Below are positions 12,560 to 25,805 of a stretch of 64,000 nucleotides of DNA, in pieces (position 1 is the stretch's first letter; the number at the start of each line of letters is the position of its first letter). The translations under genes were made by a program, and so were the position numbers. Source of the DNA: Eledone cirrhosa (lineage: Eukaryota); NCBI GenBank assembly GCA_964016885.1, contig OZ024744.1, positions 71,610,001 through 71,674,000 on the forward strand, given 5' to 3'. Below the pieces are notes generated by a model, which searched no databases, was not told the DNA's origin, and saw nothing but the letters and a program-made list of their open reading frames with translations.

Positions 12560-12563
<4 letters not shown>
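12118..12563. mobile_element. Palindromic PLE pseudo-LTR-like module (177-bp inverted arms) with hammerhead ribozyme, in (TA)n
   Basis: 12118-12294 is the reverse complement of 12303-12479 with few mismatches; 8-nt spacer; (TA)n on both sides. Confidence 0.8.
12372..12436 (+). ncRNA. Type I hammerhead ribozyme (mirror copy on minus strand at 12161-12225)
   Basis: TATTTTGT CTGATGA AAG.ACACCA..TGGTGT.CTT GAAA TATGTA T A ATGAAATA: core, stem II, near-palindromic stem III and stem I all present. Confidence 0.7.
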
Positions 12564-12600
<37 letters not shown>

Positions 12601-12972
12601 ACTAACTCATATTGACAACTCATAATATTCACCATCATTAACCACCACTACCACTATCCCCCACCCACCTGCATTAACAATAGCACTGCTACCCCTGCTA
12701 CCGATCCCACTATTATCATGGACCCTCCCTCGGAGAAATAACATAAAATGAAATCTGCTAGAAATAACAGCTAAATCACTTTCAACTCCCATCTGGCCGT
12801 CTTAAAAGTAAAAACAACACATTCGATAATACTGTCTAGGATATATAATACCTAGGAAAATATGAGACGGCCATGAAACGAACAACTTCATTCTTTTCAC
12901 CACATCTTTCATCGGCTTTGTTATGAAAATAATAAACAGTATATATTTTCAATGAGAGAAAGAGTGAACAAG

Positions 12973-13029
<57 letters not shown>

Positions 13030-13429
13030 GCGAGAGAGAGAGAAAAGAAAGAAAAATTTATAAATTAAAGAAGAAAAAAAGAGGGAATTGAAGGGGCGGC
13101 AAACTATACACCCTTGACAGGACGCTACATCTCAATTGCGCCCCGCGGAAAAGACATCGAAAGTATATTCACAGCATCAGCACCCATAACACACCTGGAC
13201 ACTTACCTCGCCCCCACCCTATATACGTCAGTCTACTTGTCTACCCCCATCACTCATATTTCTTTTTCAAAACTTCCAGCCTCCGCTGTTCCGACCTTCT
13301 CTTTCACTCTAAATTTTGTTATTTCTTGAAGGAAGGATTTATGTCTGATACGTTGAAACATTCATTTATTTGTTCACAAACGTGAACCTAATGTTTTCGT
13401 ATCTCTACGTTTGTCTTATTTATTCTCGA

Positions 13430-13547
13430 ATTATATTGATATAGTAAGGAAAGCGTCTTAACGCTTCAAGCGTTAGGACTTCATCGAAAGGCAAAATAAG
13501 AGAGATAGGGAAAGAGAGAGACGGAGAGAAAGAGGGATAGAAAAAAA

Positions 13548-13591
<44 letters not shown>

Positions 13592-14630
13592 TAGAAAATA
13601 AAGGAAAGTATTGAAAAGGGCGGGAAAAAAGTATTTTTCTGGAGAAAAACGCGTATGTAGTTTGGAAAATTACATTTCCGAACAAGATTCATGTATTTGC
13701 AGGAGGGTGATAAGTATCGAGGAGGATTTATAATATTGTTGCTGCCAAGTCTCTTTTGTGTCTTGCAAATCAGTCGGCCTGTTTGTCCAATGTTGATGGG
13801 CCTGCAGAGCGAACAGCAAAGGCTATAGATGACGTTGAGTGATGGATGTGGGAGGAATAATGGTTCGCACCGGTGAGGGGGGTGAGGCTGGCAAGGAATA
13901 TATAGGTATGCCAGTGGGAACGGGAGCATGGAAGAGAACTAGCTGAAGTCCTAGGTGAGGAGGGGGAAAGAACTATGGACAATAATGTTAACGGAAAATA
14001 CGGAAGCGCTTAAAGGTGGAGATGGGTGAGCTAGAGAAAGAAACATGAAGTAACAGGATCTGCGATGAAGGTTCGGAAGCATTGAAATATACGGTACTGG
14101 AAGGGTAAGGTAAAGGAGTGGTAAGGAAATAGGGAGAGATCGTGGGGGTGAGAAGGCTGAGATGTTAATTTCACGGGTACGGATAAGGGCTGTTTCGATC
14201 AAAGTGGGTGGCATCTGCGCCGGATGAAACCACCGTAATACCATGTGTTGAGATAGGTTCTCAAAATTATAGTCTTGGCTATGTAGCTAATGGAGACAAA
14301 GAAATTGGGAGTAGGTTCTGGAATGTTTGGTGTTGCTGAGATGGGAGTGAGTGAGTTAGTAGAAAATGAAGGTTAAGAGGGTACAATGAGGGTAGATAGA
14401 ATGATATCCAGAAATTAATCGGAAGAGTTAGAGACAGAGAAGGTGACACTAAGAACGGGATGAAAGAATTGAATAAAGAAAAGGAAAGAGCCATGTTGTT
14501 GAAGTGGGAGAGAAATGGCGTCCATAGAGCCCGTCAATATAACAACCGTAAGCTCTTGGGTGAGTCCAGTGTATTGAAAGATTTGGACTCCAAATTAGTC
14601 AACGAACAAGTTGGCATAGTTGCGGCGTAT
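13430..14630 (-). mobile_element. Degraded Penelope-like element (RT thumb + GIY-YIG remnants)
   Basis: Minus frames give LNVIYSLCCSLCRPINIGQTGRL (GIY-YIG) and PPTLIETAL; decayed CGATGA hammerhead-like core near 13480; similar decayed tail at 12840-13110. Confidence 0.65.
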
Positions 14631-14634
14631 TATA

Positions 14635-14850
14635 GGTGGATTGGCAAAATTGGTAGAGAGTCGGACACCATGCTTTGCAGCATAGAGTTACGGTCCTTTA
14701 CGGTCTGAGTTCAAATCCTGCCGAGGTTAACTGTGCCTTTCATCCTTACGGGGTCGATAAAATAAAGTACCAGTCTCGTACTGGGGTTAATTTAATCGAC
14801 TCCTCCCCCAAATTACTGGCCTTGTGCCTATACTAGAAATCATTATTTAT
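14635..14850 (+). mobile_element. tRNA-derived SINE, short family
   Basis: Same head and core; tail GGCCTTGTGCCTATACTAGAAATCATTATT. Confidence 0.85.
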
Positions 14851-14909
14851 GTACATAAGCATTTATGTATGTATATATATTTATATATATATATAAATAA
14901 ATATAAATA

Positions 14910-15128
14910 GGAACGATCGACTTTCGTCAAATCGGACCGAGGGAACAATGTTTCCGTTGGTCTTTCCAATTGCTAATACTATCTATCGGTCGCAACTCCA
15001 GGTAGAAGGAGCAACGTGAAATAAAGTGTCTTGCTCAAGGACATAACGCATCGCCTGGTCCAGGAATCGAACTCACAACCTCACGATTTCGAATCCAATT
15101 CTCTAACCACTCAGCCACACGCCTTCAC
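14910..15128 (-). mobile_element. tRNA-derived SINE, second family
   Basis: Minus strand GTGAAGGCGTGTGGCTGAGTGGTTAGAG (A box) and GAGTTCGATTCC (B box). Confidence 0.75.
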
Positions 15129-15240
15129 TATATATATATATATGTATGTATGTATATATATATATATATATATGTATGTATATATATATATATGTATGTA
15201 TATATATATATATATATGTATGTATATATATATATATATG

Positions 15241-15295
<55 letters not shown>

Positions 15296-15400
15296 ATATA
15301 TATATGTATGTATGTATATATATATATATATATATGTATGTATATATGTATATATATATATGTATATATGTATATATATATATATATGTATGTATATATG

Positions 15401-15431
<31 letters not shown>

Positions 15432-15453
15432 ATATGTATATATGTATATATAT

Positions 15454-17802
15454 ATAAAAACAAATAACGAAACGAAATTAAACTTCGTTTCGTTTGTAAC
15501 TCACTTTTGTATGACTGACGCTTAAACAATTAAGTTAAAGATGTACATCCATATATGTATACTGAAATACTAGTATGTATATGAATACACACACGTATAC
15601 ATATGTAGATGTACCAAGTTTTTTCACTGGTCACTTTACTGTGAGTGGCCAGCTATTCTGTATGTAAACACACAGACAAACCGGTTTTTAGAGTCATACT
15701 GGTTTTTGAGGAAACACCTTTCCTCTATTATCCAGAAAGCCAGACAAGGAATATTGAACTAGTTTCGTTGTTGTTACAACTCATCAGCAATATTTACCTA
15801 TCTTCCGGCCTCTCTAGAGAATCGTAAAAGCACATATCGTTATATGCTTTTTCTATGAAAATTAGTAGTGGGCAGACTAATTTGCATAGAGTGTGAGTAA
15901 GTACCGGTTCAACGGAGACGATAAAAACAAATAACGAAACGAAATTAAACTTCGTTTCGTTTGTAACTCACTTTTGTATGACTGACGCTTAAACAATTAA
16001 GTTAAAGATGTACATCCATATATGTATACTGAAATACTAGTATGTATATGAATACACACACGTATACATATGTAGATGTACCAAGTGTTTTCACTGGTCA
16101 CTTTACTGTGAGTGGCCAGCTATTCTGTATGTAAACACACAGACAAACCGGTTTTTAGAGTCATACTGGTTTTTGAGGAAACACCTTTCCTCTATTCTTC
16201 AGAAAGCCAGACAAGGAATATTGAACTAGTTTCGTTGTTGTTACAACTCATCAGCAATATTTACCTATCTTCCGGCCTCTCTAGAGAATCGTAAAAGCAC
16301 ATATCGTTATCTGCTTTTTCTATGAAAATTAGTAGTGGGCAGACTAATTTGCATAGAGTGTGAGTAAGTACCGGTTCAACGGAGACGATAAAAACAAATA
16401 ACGAAACGAAATTAAACTTCGTTTCGTTTGTAACTCACTTTTGTATGACTGACGCTTAAACAATTAAGTTAAAGATGTACATCCATATATGTATACTGAA
16501 ATACTAGTATGTATATGAATACACACACGTATACATATGTAGATGTACCAAGTGTTTTCACTGGTCACTTTACTGTGAGTGGCCAGCTATTCTGTATGTA
16601 AACACACAGACAAACCGGTTTTTAGAGTCATACTGGTTTTTGAGGAAACACCTTTCCTCTATTCTTCAGAAAGCCAGACAAGGAATATTGAACTAGTTTC
16701 GTTGTTGTTACAACTCATCAGCAATATTTACCTATCTTCCGGCCTCTCTAGAGAATCGTAAAAGCACATATCGTTATCTGCTTTTTCTATGAAAATTAGT
16801 AGTGGGCAGACTAATTTGCATAGAGTGTGAGTAAGTACCGGTTCAACGGAGACGATAAAAACAAATAACGAAACGAAATTAAACTTCGTTTCGTTTGTAA
16901 CTCACTTTTGTATGACTGACGCTTAAACAATTAAGTTAAAGATGTACATCCATATATGTATACTGAAATACTAGTATGTATATGAATACACACACGTATA
17001 CATATGTAGATGTACCAAGTTTTTTCACTGGTCACTTTACTGTGAGTGGCCAGCTATTCTGTATGTAAACACACAGACAAACCGGTTTTTAGAGTCATAC
17101 TGGTTTTTGAGGAAACACCTTTCCTCTATTCTTCAGAAAGCCAGACAAGGAATATTGAACTAGTTTCGTTGTTGTTACAACTCATCAGCAATATTTACCT
17201 ATCTTCCGGCCTCTCTAGAGAATCGTAAAAGCACATATCGTTATATGCTTTTTCTATGAAAATTAGTAGTGGGCAGACTAATTTGCATAGAGTGTGAGTA
17301 AGTACCGGTTCAACGGAGACGATAAAAACAAATAACGAAACGAAATTAAACTTCGTTTCGTTTGTAACTCACTTTTGTATGACTGACGCTTAAACAATTA
17401 AGTTAAAGATGTACATCCATATATGTATACTGAAATACTAGTATGTATATGAATACACACACGTATACATATGTAGATGTACCAAGTTTTTTCACTGGTC
17501 ACTTTACTGTGAGTGGCCAGCTATTCTGTATGTAAACACACAGACAAACCGGTTTTTAGAGTCATACTGGTTTTTGAGGAAACACCTTTCCTCTATTCTT
17601 CAGAAAGCCAGACAAGGAATATTGAACTAGTTTCGTTGTTGTTACAACTCATCAGCAATATTTACCTATCTTCCGGCCTCTCTAGAGAATCGTAAAAGCC
17701 CATATCGTTATATGCTTTTTCTATGAAAATTAGTAGTGGGCAGACTAATTTGCATAGAGTGTGAGTAAGTACCGGTTCAACGGAGACGATAAAAACAAAT
17801 AA
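15454..17802 (-). repeat. 5 x 467-bp tandem array with one hammerhead ribozyme per unit (retrozyme-like), inserted in (TA)n
   Basis: Period 467 (15454, 15921, 16388, 16855, 17322) plus a 14-nt partial sixth unit; only a handful of substitutions between units; (TA/TG)n on both flanks. Confidence 0.95.
15750..15794 (-). ncRNA. Type I hammerhead ribozyme, unit 1 (identical copies at 16217-16261, 16684-16728, 17151-17195, 17618-17662)
   Basis: Minus strand AATATTG CTGATGA GTTGT AACA ACAAC GAAA CTAG T T CAATATT: perfect core, 7-bp stem I, 5-bp stem II, palindromic stem III, GUU triplet. Confidence 0.88.
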
Positions 17803-17820
17803 TATATATATATGTATGTA

Positions 17821-17897
<77 letters not shown>

Positions 17898-17939
17898 ATA
17901 TATGTATATGTATGTGTGTGGGCGTCGTGTGCATATGTA

Positions 17940-18200
17940 TGTCGATAAAATAAAGTACCAGTAATGCTGGCCTTGTACCAAAAGTAGAAACAATTATAGT
18001 TTCCAATGGATTGGCAGTATCCGTAGAGCGTCGGACACACTGCTCCGCGTCATAGAGTTACGTTCCTTTACGTTCTGATTTCAAATCCCGCCGAGGTTAG
18101 CTTTGCCTTTCGTCCTTACAAGGTTGATAAAATAAATCAACAGTAATGCACTGGGGTCGACATATCGACTTTTCCCTCCTCCAACTTTGTTGGCCTTTAT
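17940..18200 (+). mobile_element. Short-family SINE 3' fragment followed by a second copy
   Basis: GTCGATAAAATAAAGTACCAG..AGAAACAATTAT, then GGATTGGCAGTATCCGTAGAG..TTCAAATCCCGCCGAGG. Confidence 0.8.
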
Positions 18201-18443
18201 AATTCCACGACAACCCCTGTGACATACTGGTAAGGTTCACCAGAAGAAAACTAAACTAAACTAAACAAACAGTTGAATGTAAGAAGAAGCACAGAAAAGA
18301 AGAGAACAAGTATGAGGTTGGAGAGTAAGGATGACGTTATAGAGAGAAGTTATGTCAAGGAGAGAAAGAAGAGAAAGAATCGAAAAGGTAGAGGGCATGG
18401 TTCGCATCGTGAATTTGGAGGGGGTTGCCAGTCACTAATGTTG

Positions 18444-18479
<36 letters not shown>

Positions 18480-19845
18480 CTATATATACATATATGCTCA
18501 TATAAGTATGTATATAAATGTACACACACATATGTATATATATATATACATACATATATATGTATATATATATGTGTGTGTGTATGTTTGCGTATGTTTG
18601 TGTGAGTGTGTGTGCGCGCGCGTGTTCATACATATATATATATATCATATATATATATATGTGTATAAAATTGCAAGTTTGAAGAACAGTTAGATAAAAT
18701 ATACCGAATCTTTTTCACCCTAGTCCGTAGAAATCAACTAGATAAATAATCATTTAAACGGAGCTAAGTTTAAAATGTAACTTCGAAGAAATAACAGCTA
18801 AATGATACAGACTATCCCCGCGGAGAACAGTCAGATAGAATTTACCCAGTCTAAAATGTAAGTTTGAAGAAAAAATGCATATAAACTTTACCAAACTTCC
18901 TCTAGTCCCGACTATCGATAGTTTCGCTCGTACTTTGTGGATATATCCTATCCTGGTATTATCCGTGAGGTTTCGAGCTTATCAAGAGACTCCCTCAAAT
19001 TTGCACTAAAATTTCTACAGTGATCGCCGCCAGAAATGAATTCAAAATAATGGGTAAGAATCATCACGTGGCCAGCGGTCAAAGTAGGAGGTTGTGAATG
19101 GTAGGCCAGGTGGCAGGTAGGTTGGCTGCTAGAAAGAACAGTTAGATACCGCCTAAGGTTTACTCGAACGAACGGGAGTATAGAATAAATTAATAGGGAT
19201 ATATATGTATATATTTAGACATAGTCACAGATACATATATGTGTGTAGCTACATAAAGACACGCGCACACACACTCACACACACACAGATATATATACAC
19301 ATATGCACCAACATGCACTCACACACACGCGCACACACACACACACAAACATATATATATATATATATATATCGAGAGTCTTTTTTATATGGCAGAATAT
19401 TTACTTTTAAAGTTGAAATATTATTGCCATATGATATAGTTTTATTTCATTTCATATAAGCCACCCCCTCTATTTTTACTCGCATTTTTTTTTATTATTA
19501 TTTCGCATACAAGTAAAGGATCATAAATGAAATAAAATAGAAAAAGAACTTCGAGAAAAACAACCACACCCCTCAAAATGACAAACAAAATTTTAGAACT
19601 CAAAGGTATCATATTCATGTTTGCTTACATATTGATTAAATGACCCAAAGTACAAAACTTTTATTGAGAGCATAATATGTTTCAAGTGATACGTTAAAAG
19701 ACGAATTAATAAACTGTAAACCTATTGTGGTATTACTATGATGTAATATAGTGGCCGGAACGATCTACGCAGGAAGATATGTTTCTGTGGGGGTGTTTGC
19801 ATAGATATGTAAGAATTTTTTTGTCTGTGTTACATACATACTCAC

Positions 19846-20170
19846 CGGCAGCGAATTGGCCAGGTTGTTAGACTAGTATTAGTTCCGGCTCTCTGCTCTC
19901 CGAGTTCAAATCCCACTGAGGTCAACTTTGCTTTTCATCCTTTCGAGGTCGATAAAAAAGTACCAGTCTAGTACTGGGGTCGATTCTTCTTCGATATCTC
20001 TTTCTCATTTTCTCTCTCTCACTTTCTATCTTTCTCTGGAAGAAATCTGCTGTACTCGGACCTGGAGAGGGATGGGCTCCGCCAGACTTAAAATGTCCAA
20101 GAAACGCTGTATGTCAATGCGGTGCCCCTACGACTCTATCATAAGTTACGGCACCATACCATACATATAC
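19846..20170 (+). mobile_element. Long-tail SINE variant (shared head/core, different ~190-bp 3' part, CATAC tail)
   Basis: Matches 37165-37505 and 38355-38700. Confidence 0.8.
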
Positions 20171-20344
20171 AGACGCACACGGTTTATACTGGAAATAATA
20201 CCGTACAGCAAAATATATATGTATGTATACGGTAGGTGTTTCTATATGTGTGTGTTTGAATTTATGTTTGTTTTACACATACATACACACATACGTATAA
20301 CGACGAATATTCATGTAGTACTCTTATATATTCGTTATTATGTC

Positions 20345-20500
20345 ATGCTTTGACGCATAGAGTAACGGCCCTTTCTATTCTGAGTTCAAATCCCGTCGAG
20401 GTTAACTTTGCCGTTCATCCTTACAGGGTCGATAAAATAAAGTACCAGTAATACACTGGGGGTAATTGCTGGCCTTGTGTCAAAAGTAGAAAGGGTTATT
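20345..20500 (+). mobile_element. Short-family SINE, 5'-truncated
   Basis: B-box, core and GGCCTTGTGTCAAAAGTAGAAA tail. Confidence 0.8.
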
Positions 20501-20909
20501 ATGTGATATATTGAATATATTCACTTATAATGTTTATCGTTTATCAGTGTATATATATTCAATGTTTCTGGATGTTTATCTGTGTGTGTATGTGTGTTTT
20601 TATAAGTATGATTGTGTGTATATCTGTGTGTGAGAGAGAGCGAGAGAGGGAGAGAGAGAGGAGAAAGAGAGAGAAAGAGGGAGAAAGAAAGCAAGAGAGA
20701 AAGAAGGGAAAGCGTGATCTAATGAGTGAGGATTTGTCTGTATGCGAATATTACAGACATAGGTATGTGTGCTAAACCCCCCCCCCCCCCACCACACACA
20801 CACAGACACACACATACCGACATAAATATATGTATACATACATACACACGCACACATACAGATCTGTCTGTCTGTCAGTATCTCTCTCTCTCTATATATA
20901 TATATATAT

Positions 20910-21315
<406 letters not shown>

Positions 21316-21336
21316 CATAGGTATGTTTTAAGACAC

Positions 21337-21411
21337 TGCTGACTGATGAGTTTTCGGCATCTTAATTTATTAATTATCTTAATTTGCCGGAACGAAACCG
21401 CAGTACACGCA
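21337..21411 (+). ncRNA. Hammerhead ribozyme-like motif in a module bounded by (TA)n
   Basis: CTGATGA GTTTTCGGCA..TGCCGGAAC GAAA CCGCAG TA; stem I imperfect. Confidence 0.55.
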
Positions 21412-21629
21412 CGAATCTGTAGGTGAAATGACATTTTTATTTTAAAATGTATTTTTTTTATTGCACTGCTTACTTTTAATATACTGTAATTTTAGGAAAA
21501 ATGAAGCTTTACAAATAGTTTTTAGTCTATATAGTATTTGAGGTATAATATGACTGAAATATTTTTTATTTCAGTCTGATATATATATATAAGGTTTTTT
21601 TTTAAAAAAAAAGGCTACTTATATTTAAA

Positions 21630-22480
21630 TGTATATTAGATGTACATGAAATTACAAGTTATCGCCTTCAAAACACATCCCTTAGGATGTCAGACAGTGG
21701 CTAGAGCGTTTTTTCCCCCCATTGATTATAACAGTACTCAAAGTAATTGCCTGTGAATGTCCTTAGGTCGATGTTTACAATTTTTTCTATATTTTCCTCA
21801 GTCCCAAAATGATGACCCTTCAACTTCGAGTTCAACTTAGGGTAGAGATAGAAATTACACGGAGTTTGATATGGGTTGTAGAGAGGCGGTAATGTTTATC
21901 TTCGTCAAATATTCTCTAATTTTAAGTGTTTTGTGAACAGGCACGTTATCGTGGTGTAGTATCCAATCTCCCGCAATGTCCTTTCGGACTCGCTGAACAT
22001 CGTTTCGAAGTCGTTCGTAGACATCTTTGTAGAAGGTGATATCATTTGTATGTCATTGAAGTAAAAAATCATGTGGACAATACCACGACTGTAGAAACAA
22101 TGATAATCAACATATTTACCTCGGATTTACTCATGCATGCTTTCTTTGAATGAAGAGAATCTTTCGAGTATTACTACTTACTTTACTATTTTGTCTCCGG
22201 ATCGAACTCGAACACTTCTGATTAATCTCTTGTTATTACTTTATTCAAGAAATGTTGCTCAATGTCGAGTCTTTCTAGCAAATCCTAACGAATTTCCAAC
22301 CGATTTGCCTTTTGCTCCAAAGAACAAGTGTTTGGGCATTAGTTTTTGCATAAATCTCTCGAATGTGTAAATGGTCTGTTAAAATTTTGTGATTTGCATT
22401 TTGTGAACTTATTTTGCGAACTTATGACTAAGAAATAGCAGTTATGTAACACCACAGCATTAGCCTCGACAGAACACATT
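21630..22480 (-). mobile_element. Mariner (Tc1/mariner) transposase relic
   Basis: Minus strand reads HHDNVPVH (HDNAPxH) and a decayed YSPDL region followed by PCNFYLYPKLNSKLKGHHF; boundaries approximate. Confidence 0.7.
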
Positions 22481-22823
22481 CATTCTGCCCTTTATACTCA
22501 GAAACTGTTATATTTGGGCCCAATGATCGTAAGAAAATGGATTTACTTTGTTCAATCTAGCTCTGTAGTTTTTGAATACTCGAGGACATGTAACAAGAAA
22601 GCACTTTTCTACAAAAACAAATTTTGCTTTGCTTCGATGAGATATTCACATACAGACTACATTGGTTGTAATAGCGTCATACGTTCTACTTTAATTAGTT
22701 AGAACACTAGTGTACACACACACTTATACACACACACACAGACACACTCACACACACTCACACAGATATATATAAAGTGTATGAGTGAAAGAATATATAA
22801 ATATACAGGTGTTTGCATTCCTT

Positions 22824-23100
22824 AATAATTGTTTCTTCTTTTGGCACAAGGCCAGCAATTACCCAGTGCATTACGGGTACTTTATTTTATCGACTCCGTA
22901 AGGTTAACCTCGGCGGAATTTGAACTCAGAAGGCAAGGGCCGTAACTCTATGCGTCAGAGCATGGCGTCGGACCCTCTACCAATACTGCCAATTCACCGC
23001 ATTCCTTAACAATGATTTCTAGTTTAGGCACAAGGTCAGTAATTTGAGGGGAGGGGAAAGTCGATTAAATCGACACCAGTACGTTACTGGTGCTTTATTT
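22824..23100 (-). mobile_element. Short-family SINE plus adjacent SINE 3' fragment
   Basis: Reverse complement of SINE tail, core and head (TTTGAACTCAG, TACTGCCAATTCACCGC). Confidence 0.8.
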
Positions 23101-23419
23101 CTTCTTCTTCTTCTTCTTCTTCTTCTTCTTCTTCTTCTTCTTCTTCTTCTTCTTCTCCCCCCCCCCTCCTCCTCATATCCCTTATTTCCTCTTCTTTCCT
23201 TTTTATCTCTCCAACTACATCACCTTCACTCCACCGTCTTCTACACTACCTTCTGTATGTATGGTTTACAACAATCGCATGTATTAACAGTCAGTGAATT
23301 AATATTACAAAAGCTTTACTATCTCCTCCCACGAATCAGAATGGTCATATTAAATAAATAAATAAATAAATAAAATAAAAATGGCCTAGACATTACAATA
23401 CAGCGGGAGGAAACATAAT

Positions 23420-23650
23420 AGTACCACTGATGATGTCACAGATGTGTGACGAAAGAACATTAATAGACTATATATATATATATATAAATATTTCTTATTT
23501 TTTAACCGTTGGTCAATCAATGATAAACATTGATTGCCAGATAAATTAACTAAGGAAGTATAAACCAACCCAAACCAAACAGTGAATGTGTTCTGTTGTT
23601 AAAACTGGCAATATTATAACAATATAACCCTCCCCAAGTATAATAATATT
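23420..23650 (+). mobile_element. PLE pseudo-LTR fragment with hammerhead motif (same family as 32891-33495 and 36200-36445)
   Basis: CTGATGA T GTCAC AGATGT GTGAC GAAA GAAC at 23427; ends ACCCTCCCCAAGTATAA. Confidence 0.7.
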
Positions 23651-23703
23651 TGTATCGACACACGATTTCATATCAAAAACCTTGCAAAACAAACAAATAT
23701 ATA

Positions 23704-23867
<164 letters not shown>

Positions 23868-24770
23868 ATATAGGTAGCTTTAAAGACAAATAGACTTCTG
23901 AAAGTGAATATGACCAGTTTACTTCTTTTGGGATGTTGCTATTGTTGCTATTATTGCTGTTTAGTCACAAGTGTTTCGTGAACAATCAGGCCAATGATCC
24001 AAAACATTCCATTCATGACTATCCCGTTGAGTTATATATGTATATATCTATGACATCATTGCCTACATAATTTATTTTTCTTTTTTAGATTAAGGCACTA
24101 AAATCTGATTTGAGGGAAATTTTGTAGCTATTGCTAGCAGATCAAGTGACTCTTTGATTGCTTCAGTATGTTCTGGGAAAATAATTATAAGTAGAAAATA
24201 AATAAATAAATGACATGAAAAAATACAGATAGAGTAAAAACAAAATTAAATCAAAACAACATTTATATCAAGGGAGTTCTGATTAATTTTCCAATTCCTT
24301 ACTAATTGCTCACAACACAGACAAATACGTTAGATTCTAACTTTCGTTGATAGAAAAGCGAGACAAATATAACACCTCCCTTCTCTCCACTCTACAAATG
24401 GTTGCCTGTATCACCATCTTTAATAATCACGCTAGAGGTCCAGGCTAAATTGTTGCACACTTCCCAATTCCTTGTAGTTAACATATGAAATACAGACTCA
24501 GTGGCGCCATCTCACCATTTCTCGTTAGTTATTTCCCCTTATCATTATCTGCCAATATTGATTTTTATCCTGTTATTTTTATTTTATTTCATATATTCTA
24601 GTGAGAATGACGTAAGGATTTCGTTTTTGATATACTTATATCTTTGAAGTCCGTTCTTCCTGCTGATTGAAAGCGCTGGTACACACTAATATATACATAC
24701 GTTCATTCAAATAAACGCCCATATGAAATTAATATACGTTTGCCAAACAGGCATATTTCCCCCCTCTCTC

Positions 24771-24850
<80 letters not shown>

Positions 24851-24920
24851 CATATATATATACATATATATATATGGAAGCATCTTAGCTACCATCAAAC
24901 ACACATATATATATATATAC

Positions 24921-24992
<72 letters not shown>

Positions 24993-25076
24993 CTATATAC
25001 CAGTCGTCTTCTTTATATGTATTATGTACAGTAGTAATAATAAATACAAAACCAAAATCCAGAGATGACTCGATGA

Positions 25077-25142
<66 letters not shown>

Positions 25143-25175
25143 ACTCTCTCCCGCTCCGAAATACCGATGTATACA

Positions 25176-25666
25176 TGAATGTATGTATAGTATATTTGGC
25201 AATATACTGTATGTTTAATTGAAAACATTTTGAAGACCATTCGCTATGAGTTTTAAAGTAGTGACTATGTCACTTACTTATTCTCGGCAAAAGCAAAGAA
25301 GAGTGATCGACAGTCCTGTTTCTCGCTCGTTAGCGTTTATATACTATTCATACATTCATGTATTTCAGAGCACCAATACTAATACCTAATTTTTGCTAGA
25401 CCGACAACCGTTCTGTTTAATTATCTCTTAAATATTACTGGAATCCTATAAGAATACAGCTTCTATAACTCTCGACAGAAGCGAAGGAGTGTGTGGTCTT
25501 TATAAACGCTAACGAGCGAGAAACAGGACTGTCGGTTACTCTTCTTTGCGTTTGCCGAGATTGAGTAAGTGACATAGCCACTACTTTAAAACACGTAGCG
25601 AATGGTCTTCAAAATGTTTTTAATTAAACATACAGTATATTGCCAAATATACTATACATACATTCA
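25176..25666. mobile_element. MITE/foldback element with ~165-bp inverted arms
   Basis: 25176-25341 vs reverse complement 25501-25666; related half copy at 33541-33690. Confidence 0.75.
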
Positions 25667-25805
25667 CATCCCTTTTGGGGGCAGTGCGAAATTTCTTTTT
25701 GAGGAACTGCTGGGCTATCAAACTTAGCAGTCCTTCTAGCACTGACGGAGACCATCACTGATTATTAATATCGATGTAGTTTTTTATATTGATATTGCAT
25801 GGACA

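Noticed and set aside
13321-13500. Hammerheads near 12910, 13325, 13480 and 24645
   Set aside because: Cores too decayed (CGATGA, TTGAAG, missing GAAA or stems) to call; likely relics
15645-17695. Five repeated 60-aa ORFs (MASYSVCKH...) in the tandem array
   Set aside because: GTG start, no recognisable domain, antisense to the ribozyme; recurrence simply follows the DNA repeat
15454-17802. CRISPR array interpretation of this array or of the 21-bp minisatellite at 30440-30980
   Set aside because: No unique spacers, no cas genes, eukaryotic context
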